Of a stretch of 41,546 bases of DNA, positions 18,626 to 26,267 are shown one piece after another (position 1 is the stretch's first letter; every line of letters starts with the position of its first letter). Under the pieces are notes generated by a model. It had not been told where the DNA came from. It made no database searches and worked only from the letters and a program-made list of their open reading frames with translations. Origin of the DNA: a virus. The position numbers were made by a program, and so were the translations under genes. The stretch spans positions 1 through 41,546 of IMG/VR virus record IMGVR_UViG_3300035684_000007; one strand, written 5' to 3'.

Positions 18626-20647
18626 ATGACCGTATCAGCAGCAGTTGGCAAGCACGTCTATAATGGCAATGGAGTTACCATCTATTGGCCGTATTCCTTT
18701 CCGATTAGTGAAGGGGATGAGATCAAAGTCCATTTGACTGACGCACTGGGAGTCGTCACCCAGCTCAACTCAGGGTACCACGTCGATGAGGACAATGCTC
18801 GGGTCGTATACCCAGCCTTCGGATCCGGACTGAACCCACTTCCAGTAGGCTCGAAGATCACGCTCCTTCCTGTCACCAAGCTGACCCAGGAGTTGGATCT
18901 CAAGAACCAGGGCCCATTCAATGCGGAGGTACTTGAGAGGGCTTTTGACAAGCTGACCATGATCGCCCAACAGACCAGGGAAGTGCTCTCACGGACAGTG
19001 AAGTACCCGGTTCATGAGACGCCCACGGCGGACGATACCGATGCCTTCTTGACCCGGATTGAGGCTGCCCGTTTTCAGGCCGAAACGGGGGTGAACGCTG
19101 CAGCCACTTCCGCCACCAATGCGGCCACCTCAGCCGCTTCTGCGAGCTTGTCTGCCCTGGATGCGATCTCAAGTGCTACGTCTGCAGCATCGAGCAAGGC
19201 AGATGCGGCCGTAAGCGCAACCGCCGCATCGAGTGCGGCGACCGCGGCTTCAGGGAGTGCAACGTCCGCTGCCAGTTCTGCTGCCGGGGCAAGCGCATCG
19301 GCGACGGCAGCCGCGGGATCCGCGAGTGCTGCGAGCACATCGGCGACAGCTGCTGCGGGGTCCGCGAGTGCCGCTAGTACCTCGGCTACGGCTGCTGCGG
19401 GATCTGCGAGTGCCGCTAGTACCTCGGCTACGGCTGCTGCGGGATCCGCATCTGCTGCGAGCACGAGCCAAACAGCAGCCGCTGCCAGTGCAGCGGCTGC
19501 TGCGACCAGTGCATCAAACGCTTCCGGTGCTGCTTCCACCTATGTGGCAAGCGCGCGCAGTGCAGCCAATGGGATCGGCTCTCTCGGACCAGACGGAAAG
19601 CAGCCGATGAGCGAAGTACCACAGGCTATGCTCGGCGCTAATATCTACCAAGGCGTGTGGAATGCCACAACCAACACGCCGGCCCTTGCCTCGGGTGTAG
19701 GATCAAAAGGGCATTACTACATTGTCAGTGTAGTGGGTGCTACCGCACTTGACGGTGTGACGGACTGGAAGCTTGGCGATTGGGCAATCTTCAACGGTAG
19801 CGTTTGGGAAAAGGTCGATAACACCGATGCCGTGATATCCGTAAATGATAAAACCGGCGCGGTGACTGTCACAGCTGACGACGTAGGGCGGAATACCGCT
19901 CAGTGGAACGCTTCAAAAATACACAGTCGAGATGTCGCATCTACCGCACCGAATAACGGCGAAGCCTTTGTTTGGAACGGACTCGCCTGGGCGCCTGCTC
20001 CAATTGCAAGCGGAGCTGGCATGCCCCCTGTTGGCAGTATCATCGCTTGGACAGGTGGATACTTCACGAGCGGCTCGAACGGAACTTACACGCGTACGCT
20101 AGGTGCCACTAACGACGCTTCCGGTGTGAACGCCTATATCGGTGACTCATGGCGCGTGTGCAACGGAGCTGCGTTCAACGATGCGGCCAGCCCAATTTTC
20201 AACGGCACAGGACGCTACCTGCCAAACATTACTGATAGTCGCTTCCTGATGGGTTCGACAGCTGCTGGCGGCGTAGGCGGAAGCAACACCAATTCGCATA
20301 CTCATGCCGTGCCTGCGCACTATCACGGCAAGGGCACGCTGGCCATCGGAAGCTCCGGCAGTCACGCTCATGACATCAAGACATCCGATGGACAGTTCCC
20401 TGGAGCCACGGCCTACGACTCTGCCTTCAACTATGCAGGAGGAAATGTCCATGGTTTGCTGAAAATCGGAGGCATGGACATGTGGGCAGATTACGCAAGT
20501 CATACTCACGACAACTCGGCATTCAGCGGCGTGGTTGGTAACGGGGCCGGATCGAACGGTGATGCTGCTTTCAACACAGGCGCGGCTAGCGACACCGAGA
20601 ACCGTCCTGCCTATTTATCAATATTTTACATCATTCGTGTGAAGTGA
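18626..20647 (+). CDS. Tail fibre / receptor-binding protein
   Basis: The N-terminal fibre-attachment pattern is present (Y.GNG....W.Y.F.I....I.V.L.D..G....L...Y.V........V.....LTQ..DL.N.G.F.AE.LE.AFDKLTM..Q). It also has an A/S/T repeat shaft, the motif G.WNATTNTPAL.SG.G..G.YY.VS..G and a tail-collar-type C-terminus ending ENRPAYLSIFYIIR. Confidence 0.85.
   Translation: MTVSAAVGKHVYNGNGVTIYWPYSFPISEGDEIKVHLTDALGVVTQLNSGYHVDEDNARVVYPAFGSGLNPLPVGSKITLLPVTKLTQELDLKNQGPFNAEVLERAFDKLTMIAQQTREVLSRTVKYPVHETPTADDTDAFLTRIEAARFQAETGVNAAATSATNAATSAASASLSALDAISSATSAASSKADAAVSATAASSAATAASGSATSAASSAAGASASATAAAGSASAASTSATAAAGSASAASTSATAAAGSASAASTSATAAAGSASAASTSQTAAAASAAAAATSASNASGAASTYVASARSAANGIGSLGPDGKQPMSEVPQAMLGANIYQGVWNATTNTPALASGVGSKGHYYIVSVVGATALDGVTDWKLGDWAIFNGSVWEKVDNTDAVISVNDKTGAVTVTADDVGRNTAQWNASKIHSRDVASTAPNNGEAFVWNGLAWAPAPIASGAGMPPVGSIIAWTGGYFTSGSNGTYTRTLGATNDASGVNAYIGDSWRVCNGAAFNDAASPIFNGTGRYLPNITDSRFLMGSTAAGGVGGSNTNSHTHAVPAHYHGKGTLAIGSSGSHAHDIKTSDGQFPGATAYDSAFNYAGGNVHGLLKIGGMDMWADYASHTHDNSAFSGVVGNGAGSNGDAAFNTGAASDTENRPAYLSIFYIIRVK
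19301..19468 (+). repeat. Four in-frame imperfect 42-bp tandem repeats encoding ATAAAGSASAASTS
   Basis: The units read directly as 19301-19342, 19343-19384, 19385-19426 and 19427-19468. They are embedded in a longer Ala/Ser/Thr low-complexity shaft. Confidence 0.9.
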
Positions 20648-20657
20648 GGAGCTAATC

Positions 20658-20903
20658 ATGACCTACACCGTTAAGTACAAAAAGGTGGGCTCTTGGGTGT
20701 CGAAGACCTTGAGGAATGTAAAGGGTGACGGCTTCGTTGAACATGGCAATAGCCGCTTCTTCGTTCTGAGTGACGAGTCTCGTGTAGAGGTTCCAACGGC
20801 TGGGATGGAGTTCTGTTTTAGTAAGGACCGTTTCATCGCAATTCGCAAGGCGATGGAGGTCCAGACTGGGCATCCGATTTCCACTAACTCAGGCGTGAGC
20901 TGA
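20658..20903 (+). CDS. Hypothetical protein downstream of the tail fibre
   Basis: The 81-aa ORF has a GAGGAG ribosome-binding site upstream and is more AT-rich than the virion genes. No family was recognised. Confidence 0.45.
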   Translation: MTYTVKYKKVGSWVSKTLRNVKGDGFVEHGNSRFFVLSDESRVEVPTAGMEFCFSKDRFIAIRKAMEVQTGHPISTNSGVS

Positions 20904-21406
20904 TGCCCAAATTACCTTCCAAAATACTACTGGTATTGCTGGTGGTGATCTTAAGCCACTCCGAGGTCACGCTCGCTGACCCCACGATCTCTGTTGGAAT
21001 CGGCAAGGGTGCCTTCGGCAAGAGCGGCACTGCCTTCGAGCGTGCCGCCGCTTTGGGTTACGAACACACATTCCCCATCGGAGTCTTTGTCCGGCCTGAA
21101 CTGGGCTGGTTCATGGACATCTCAGGTCATGGGAAGTCATCTGTGTTCGCGGCCCCCCTAGTTGGGGTTCGTTCTGGATCTCGCGTGGGTCCCGAGGTCC
21201 ATCTCGCGATGGGACCTGGGTACCTTCAGAACCCTGATGAGGTTCTGGGTGGCCACTTCCAATTCAGCCTTGAAGGGGGGATTGCTATGCGTGACGAGAA
21301 CTTCTCAATCGGCGTCGTCTGGAAACACTTGTCGAGCGCCGGCTTCAATATGCCGAATCGGGGTCGTGATTTCATCACGGCTCAGGTCCGGGTGCACGCC
21401 TTCTGA
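20903..21406 (+). CDS. pagL: PagL-like lipid A 3-O-deacylase / acyloxyacyl hydrolase, outer-membrane beta-barrel
   Basis: It has a signal peptide (MPKLPSKILLVLLVVILSHSEVTLA). The block VVWKHLSSAGFNMPNRG matches the catalytic PagL block (H-x-S-N-A-G-L-x-x-P-N-x-G), and the protein ends in Phe (RVHAF) as outer-membrane proteins typically do. Confidence 0.75.
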   Translation: MPKLPSKILLVLLVVILSHSEVTLADPTISVGIGKGAFGKSGTAFERAAALGYEHTFPIGVFVRPELGWFMDISGHGKSSVFAAPLVGVRSGSRVGPEVHLAMGPGYLQNPDEVLGGHFQFSLEGGIAMRDENFSIGVVWKHLSSAGFNMPNRGRDFITAQVRVHAF

Positions 21407-21417
21407 TTGGAGTTGTT

Positions 21418-21849
21418 GTGAGTGACCGTGACTTTCAAATCTTTCTCGCCCTCGGCCCGTTGCTTGGGATGGCCTTATTGGGATTCTTCGCACGCGCGAT
21501 CGGCCGGAAGATCGACGGCTGGGACAAAAGTATTCAACAGAATACGGAAGCACTTACCTGCTTGAGGGAGAACCTGGTTGAAACTAAGTCCCAAGTTGCA
21601 GTTCAGGGGACCAAGATTGAGGCCACGAACAATCGGTTCGACTCGGTGGAGCGCGATATCCAGCGCGCCATTCTTGAACTTCGAACCGTGCAAGCGCGGA
21701 ACAATGACGACATCGAGGTTCTCGGCGATCGAACCCATGGGCTGACCAATGCAGTCCTCACACTCTGGGGGATGGCAAAGCACGAAGGGTGGAAGATGCC
21801 CACCGAGCAGCCCGAGATTACGTCACGGATAAGAGTGAAGAGTCATTAG
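21418..21849 (+). CDS. Membrane-anchored coiled-coil protein (i-spanin-like topology)
   Basis: It has a GTG start and an N-terminal transmembrane segment (IFLALGPLLGMALLGFFARAI), followed by about 100 aa of predicted coiled coil. It lies in the lysis region. Confidence 0.45.
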   Translation: MSDRDFQIFLALGPLLGMALLGFFARAIGRKIDGWDKSIQQNTEALTCLRENLVETKSQVAVQGTKIEATNNRFDSVERDIQRAILELRTVQARNNDDIEVLGDRTHGLTNAVLTLWGMAKHEGWKMPTEQPEITSRIRVKSH

Positions 21850-21891
21850 AGATTTCTCCGCACGAAGCGGAGGAAAACAGAGGAGAGAGAG

Positions 21892-22137
21892 ATGGAACTA
21901 GAAGCGATTGTTCAGCAGCTGACTGCAGGTTCTCCGGTCATTTCAGTAGGGCTCATGATCATGGGCACTCTTGTAATGACCGCAACGGTCGTCGTGAAGC
22001 TTACGAAGAGTGACAAGGACGACCAGGCCCTGGCCAGGATCCGGGCACACGGCGTGGCCGGCCCGATCCTTCGATTCCTGGAGCGCTTCTCGGTGATCGT
22101 GCCGAAGGCGGCCCTGGAGCAGCTGAAGGCTCAGTAA
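21892..22137 (+). CDS. Single-TM small membrane protein (holin candidate)
   Basis: The 81-aa ORF has a GGAGAGAGAG ribosome-binding site and one hydrophobic span (PVISVGLMIMGTLVMTATVVV), followed by a charged C-terminus. Confidence 0.45.
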   Translation: MELEAIVQQLTAGSPVISVGLMIMGTLVMTATVVVKLTKSDKDDQALARIRAHGVAGPILRFLERFSVIVPKAALEQLKAQ

Positions 22138-22186
22138 CTTCCTCACGGAGCGGCGGGATGGGAGACCTTCCCGCCGACACCTCTCA

Positions 22187-22423
22187 ATGTTTACCTCACT
22201 CGCCAATGCTTTAGCCTTTGCCCTGTCGATCTGGAATCACGAGCAGAAGACCTTGTTCCAGCGACAGCTTATGGATTTGAAACGGAAGTATTATGAAGAG
22301 CAGAATAAGCCTGCCGATCGCCGCGATGATGCTGTCCTTGATCATCTTGAATTTGAGCTGCGCCTCCTTTGCGACAGTCTCTGTTCCGGACTTAGCCAAC
22401 CGAACTCTCCGGATCAGCCCTGA
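22187..22423 (+). CDS. Hypothetical small protein with weakly hydrophobic N-terminus and helical charged tail
   Basis: The 78-aa ORF overlaps 22293..22586 out of frame. Whether it is coding is uncertain. Confidence 0.35.
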   Translation: MFTSLANALAFALSIWNHEQKTLFQRQLMDLKRKYYEEQNKPADRRDDAVLDHLEFELRLLCDSLCSGLSQPNSPDQP

Positions 22424-22586
22424 CTTCGCCGGCTTTGAGTACCAGTATGAGGTTTGTCTCAAGGAGGTCCTTTGGATTTGCGTCCGTCGCGAGATGCGAA
22501 AGGAGACGTTCGATTTGAACGATCTGGAGACGCGAAAAATGCTGATCGCCATGGGATTTGTTGCCCGCGTTCGGGAGAGGCCATGA
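22293..22586 (+). CDS. Putative secreted protein or lipoprotein (o-spanin-like position)
   Basis: It has the signal sequence MKSRISLPIAAMMLSLIILNLSC with a Cys after the hydrophobic core, but the lipobox is non-canonical. It starts inside the preceding ORF. Confidence 0.4.
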   Translation: MKSRISLPIAAMMLSLIILNLSCASFATVSVPDLANRTLRISPDFAGFEYQYEVCLKEVLWICVRREMRKETFDLNDLETRKMLIAMGFVARVRERP

Positions 22587-22649
22587 TGGAACAGCTCAGT
22601 GGTCTGGCATGTGCGTTGCTCAACGGGCATGACCCAAAAGAATCACGTG

Positions 22650-23180
22650 ATGGCTGAAAAGTGGAAAGTGGTCCCTGGATTCCCCGATTACGAGGTTTCC
22701 ACGCTGGGACGATTGAGATCGATCCGGCGGAGACGCGGAGTAAAGCTTAGAGTCGCCAAGGGATGGGTTGTTCGAAAACCTGGCTATCCCATGGCGATAA
22801 AAGTCGGCCTTCGACGGGACGGCAGAACCTTTGAGTTTCGACTTCACCGTCTGATTCTGATGACCTTTGTAGGACCCTGCCCGAAAGGCATGGAAGCTTG
22901 CCACAATGACGGGAATCCGCTGAACAATCGACTGGAAAACCTTCGTTGGGATACTCATTCGGCGAACATGCAAGATTGCATTCGCCATGGAAAGAAGCGC
23001 AAGCCGCCGGTACACTATGGAGAGAGACATCCGAATACCGTTCTGACAACAGCGGACGTCAAGGCAATTCGTTCAACACCGATTGTCCATGGGGCTCGGA
23101 TTCGGCTGGCTCGAATATTTGGAGTTAGCCTGCCAACGATATGCAGGATTTTGAGAAGGGAAGTTTGGAGGCATGTCTGA
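22650..23180 (+). CDS. HNH homing endonuclease (NUMOD4 + HNH_3 type)
   Basis: It shows MAEKWKVVPGFPDYEVSTLGRLRS, then CHNDGNPLNNRLENLRWDTHSANMQD and a C-terminal HTH. I chose the ATG at 22650 over the tracked GTG at 22599. Confidence 0.85.
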   Translation: MAEKWKVVPGFPDYEVSTLGRLRSIRRRRGVKLRVAKGWVVRKPGYPMAIKVGLRRDGRTFEFRLHRLILMTFVGPCPKGMEACHNDGNPLNNRLENLRWDTHSANMQDCIRHGKKRKPPVHYGERHPNTVLTTADVKAIRSTPIVHGARIRLARIFGVSLPTICRILRREVWRHV

Positions 23181-23595
23181 CCGCTTGACGGATCTACTTA
23201 TCCGTCACGAAGGACTGAGGCTGAAAGTATATACCTGCTCGGCAGGTAAGCCCACAATTGGAGTAGGGCGCAATCTTCAGGACGTCGGCATATCAAAAGA
23301 GGAGGCCCTCGCGATGCTGGCCGCGGATCTCTCCCGCGTCCGATCGGAGGCCTCCCAGGCCTTCCCTTGGTTCAAGGGTCTGGATCCGGTTCGTCAAGAC
23401 ATCGTGCTTTCGATGGTCTTCAATCTGGGCCTTGCGGGCTTACGCGGATTCCGCGGGATGATCGCTGCTCTCGAGCGCCACGACTACCGGGGGGCCGCAC
23501 GGGAAATGCTCGACTCCCGCTGGGCCGGCCAGGTGGGATACCGTGCACGCGAACTCGCCACCATGATGATTACCGCCAAGTACCCTCCGGGCTGA
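23173..23595 (+). CDS. Endolysin, GH24 (T4-lysozyme-like) muramidase
   Basis: The motif LLIRHEGLRLKVYTCSAGKPTIGVGRNL carries the catalytic Glu, followed by the D/T motif spacing. No signal or SAR segment is present. Confidence 0.9.
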   Translation: MSDRLTDLLIRHEGLRLKVYTCSAGKPTIGVGRNLQDVGISKEEALAMLAADLSRVRSEASQAFPWFKGLDPVRQDIVLSMVFNLGLAGLRGFRGMIAALERHDYRGAAREMLDSRWAGQVGYRARELATMMITAKYPPG

Positions 23596-23651
23596 TCTCT
23601 GCTGCCCGGCGTGGGTGTTGCAATGCTGCTACGCAATAGGGGGAAGATTCC

Positions 23652-23855
23652 ATGGAGGACGATGGCAGGAAGATTGGGGAGAACCTCGACAGGCTGGAGC
23701 GCGAGATGGTGGAGCTCAAGGAGCATTGGCCACAGAGCTGGCTTACGCTGGTGATGCATGTCGAACGCAGGATTATCGAGCGCGAAGTCCGCGAGATCGA
23801 TCAAGAGCGCAGGATCCGGCAGTCCGTAGTCGACCTGGTGGGAGTCGGGATTTAG
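23652..23855 (+). CDS. Hypothetical coiled-coil protein
   Basis: The 67-aa ORF has an AGGGGGAAG ribosome-binding site. It is the last plus-strand gene before the convergent accessory island. Confidence 0.4.
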   Translation: MEDDGRKIGENLDRLEREMVELKEHWPQSWLTLVMHVERRIIEREVREIDQERRIRQSVVDLVGVGI

Positions 23856-23972
23856 TAAATGACGATTGTTTGGCATCCTGTCAGCTGAGGTCAGCCTTCA
23901 ATTGGAGGCACCTATGGCCTCCGCTGTCAGGTTCCACTCCGATGACTTCCGGAATTGATCTACCAAAAAATT

Positions 23973-24722
23973 TCATTCCAATGGCGTTGCCAGCATGAGG
24001 TGAATGTTCCAAAGGGAGAACTCTTCGGAATCCGAATAACCATTGGCCATGTTCTCCCGATTGAATGCTGAGAGTTTTTCGTAGATCGAATACAAGAGAG
24101 CGTCGATTTGCATGATCTGGGAAGGAGTGTACCGATCAATAGCCAGGTAACAAAATCGTTTGGCTCGGTATGCGGGATCTGAGATTTTCTCGAGGTATCG
24201 ATCGGCCGAGAGTGTGGCAAGTTTATGATGCGTCTGGAGCGTTCTCTTGACGTCGCTCTTGTTGTAGCTCCGATTAATGTGTTTCTGAATGTACTGGTTT
24301 CCGCGTTTGGCCAATACCCCTACGTGGTAAAGCTCGTCGAGCGCGATTCGAATTGCTCGCGCGGGATAGCCCTGCTTCGAAAAAGTCTCAACTGTGATTT
24401 CTTTGGTCGCAGCGGAATACGCCAGCAGATGGATCTCAGACTTGTAGACTGTAGCTTCGACTTCGGGTGGCATGGTCACAAGCTCCGTCATTGAAGCCTC
24501 CGCCGCAGCGATGATCTGCGCTGGCTTCACAGCGAGGCGCTGAGCAAGCCTCAGGAGCTGCTCAACTGTCAGGCGGGATTTTCCATTAAGGAGTCGTGAG
24601 GCCTGAGGTTGATTCACTCCGAGAATTTCACCAACTTCCTTTCGTGAGAGGCCTTCCTCCTTGATCCTCCGATTTAGTTCAGCCAGGAGTGCATCGTAGT
24701 AGTTTGACAGATAATCCTTCAT
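23973..24722 (-). CDS. XRE-type HTH protein with DUF4423/TIGR02147-like C-terminal domain
   Basis: The HTH reads LSRKEVGEILGVNQPQASRLLNGKSRLTVEQLLRLAQRL. The roughly 170-aa C-terminal region has the layout I recall for TIGR02147. The start is ambiguous, with a GTG at 24773 also possible. Confidence 0.6.
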   Translation of the reverse strand: MKDYLSNYYDALLAELNRRIKEEGLSRKEVGEILGVNQPQASRLLNGKSRLTVEQLLRLAQRLAVKPAQIIAAAEASMTELVTMPPEVEATVYKSEIHLLAYSAATKEITVETFSKQGYPARAIRIALDELYHVGVLAKRGNQYIQKHINRSYNKSDVKRTLQTHHKLATLSADRYLEKISDPAYRAKRFCYLAIDRYTPSQIMQIDALLYSIYEKLSAFNRENMANGYSDSEEFSLWNIHLMLATPLE

Positions 24723-24833
24723 GCCGAGATAACATAGCATGCATCTGATGTATGGGTAGTGCGATATAATCACTTGACCGCTGAACGGGACATAAGTAAA
24801 CCCTGTCGAATTCAGGGGGGACTTATTTTGAAG

Positions 24834-25013
24834 ATGCTTTCTTTTTGTTTGGTGTTTCTATACTCCGCGTCTTCCTTCGCTGGAGGCGAGGGGGGTGGAG
24901 GTCCCTATCAGGCACGGCTTCGGATCAAAATCGGAGAAAAGCTGGTCTTGATTGGTGGCGATGTAAATGGACCGCAAGTCCTAGATCGTAAGAATAAGCA
25001 GATCGGAAAATAG
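24834..25013 (+). CDS. Small secreted peptide (putative)
   Basis: An internal ATG of tracked ORF 24759..25013 gives MLSFCLVFLYSASSFA/GGEGGGG, which looks like a signal peptide. The product would be 59 aa. Confidence 0.3.
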   Translation: MLSFCLVFLYSASSFAGGEGGGGPYQARLRIKIGEKLVLIGGDVNGPQVLDRKNKQIGK

Positions 25014-25150
25014 AAAAGGCCCACCGCTGGGATCTTGCTGCGCGAACAGCAAGTCAGGGTGAGCCCACACGCCCGAAAGCGTGCGCTTTTCCTATCTCAG
25101 TGTGAGCCTCACATGCAAGTGGTCAAGGGCTACACTGGCCCACATTCGAA

Positions 25151-25387
25151 ATGGATTTGGCATGGGGGAATGCTGACGTGTGTAAAGGAATGATCAAAGA
25201 GCGCTGCGAAGCGTGCAGGGCAGCGGAGCGAATTCGCGCGCTGGATGAAATGGCTAATGACTTCCTCGCAAAGTACCACGCGCTTCGAGAGCGCGAGGCG
25301 CGAGAAGCGGAGCGAACTCCGTCACGCCCCGGCAGGGCAAAGCTCTACGTTCTGCCGAGCAGAGGCGGAAGCTTCAATGCTTCGTGA
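25151..25387 (+). CDS. Hypothetical protein
   Basis: The 78-aa ORF has no clear ribosome-binding site and no recognised family. Confidence 0.3.
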   Translation: MDLAWGNADVCKGMIKERCEACRAAERIRALDEMANDFLAKYHALREREAREAERTPSRPGRAKLYVLPSRGGSFNAS

Positions 25388-25452
25388 GCTTTGTAAATGC
25401 ACTGCGATCGCGCGCTTTTAAGCAATAAGGCTCAAGGTTCGTTACTGGGAAA

Positions 25453-25743
25453 TCACTCTGGGGAAACCAAGAGTGCTGTCACACGCTGGATTTCCTGCAG
25501 AAGGCGCGCTTCGATTGCAGGAGTCTCAATTCCCGTGAAAGTAATCTCAGCAAGGACGAAGCTCCGCCTGGCTAGACACATCAGGAGTTCGTTGAAGAAA
25601 CTCTGGGTAACCACTTCGATGCCTGAAAAGTCAAACGCGAGCTCGTTCCCGGAGACATCCTCGCGGAGGCTGGCGACGATTTCCTGGGCATGGGCCCGGC
25701 TGGCCAGACACTTCTCTTCGTTTCTCAAGGAGATCGTCGTCAT
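25453..25743 (-). CDS. STAS-like domain protein (DUF4325-like)
   Basis: The 96-aa ORF has the core ELAFDFSGIEVVTQSFFNELL, characteristic of the DUF4325 STAS-like family (recalled). It lies 23 nt downstream of the antitoxin gene on the same strand. Confidence 0.55.
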   Translation of the reverse strand: MTTISLRNEEKCLASRAHAQEIVASLREDVSGNELAFDFSGIEVVTQSFFNELLMCLARRSFVLAEITFTGIETPAIEARLLQEIQRVTALLVSPE

Positions 25744-25766
25744 CGAATCGGTGCCCGCATTATCGC

Positions 25767-26267
25767 TCAGGCTGCGGATTCCCAGCCGTGTCCATTGAGC
25801 TTCAGGTCAATTCGCTTGAGTTCTTTCCCGGAATCATTGGTGATCAGGTCGTGAAGATCGTAGTGCCGGTCAGGGGTTTTGTTTTGAACCAAAGCGCGTA
25901 GCAGTAGGTCATAGGCTTGGGTTGCCTTAGTTCTTCCATTTTCTATGCGGGACTGGTGCTCCGAAGTCATACCCACAAGGCGGGCATAGGTCGCGCCAGA
26001 GTACCCCATATGCGACCGCAGGAAGCGAACCTCTTTGCCATCGAGGAGGCCTTTCTTTTGGATGAGCTCGGCAGCGATCTGAGCGTGAAGCTGCTCAAGA
26101 TCACCATAACCAACATAGTCTTCGCCACATTTGTCGCAGCGAGTGTACTCGACACCATGAAGAGTGACGTTCTCGAGCCCGCAGTCGGTGTATTTGTAAT
26201 TAATTCTCTTTTGCTTCAGGGGTTTCTTGTTGTCGCAGTTCACGCAATACATGGTCATTTTCTCCAT
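25767..26267 (-). CDS. MqsA-type antitoxin (YgiT zinc finger + XRE HTH)
   Basis: It has CVNC...CDKCGEDY zinc-ribbon pairs followed by LDGKEVRFLRSHMGYSGATYARLVGMTSEHQSRIENG. The start may instead be the ATG at 26258 (ATGA overlap with the toxin stop) or the one at 26252. Confidence 0.8.
   Translation of the reverse strand: MEKMTMYCVNCDNKKPLKQKRINYKYTDCGLENVTLHGVEYTRCDKCGEDYVGYGDLEQLHAQIAAELIQKKGLLDGKEVRFLRSHMGYSGATYARLVGMTSEHQSRIENGRTKATQAYDLLLRALVQNKTPDRHYDLHDLITNDSGKELKRIDLKLNGHGWESAA

Noticed and set aside
19075-19539. 154-aa minus-strand Ala-rich ORF and other frames across the fibre repeat; possible CRISPR-like periodicity
   Set aside because: These are reverse or alternate-frame readings of the in-frame Ala/Ser/Thr repeat. 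The units are contiguous with no spacers, so this is not a CRISPR array.
18626-20647. Diversity-generating retroelement, expected because the capsid module is BPP-1-like
   Set aside because: No reverse transcriptase or Avd-like ORF occurs anywhere in the circle. I see no template-repeat/variable-repeat pair matching the C-terminal fibre codons.
23615-23998. 127-aa plus-strand ORF after the endolysin
   Set aside because: It is Arg/Gly/Ala-rich and overlaps the better-supported 67-aa ORF. It also crosses the convergent intergenic region and enters the minus-strand gene.
25014-25150. Two short hairpins (cttgctg-cgcgaa-cagcaag at 25034-25053; cacgc-ccgaaa-gcgtg at 25068-25083, followed by cgctttt) as terminators or a small RNA
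   Set aside because: The stems are only 5-7 bp and the T-run is offset from the stem. This is too weak to call without transcript data.
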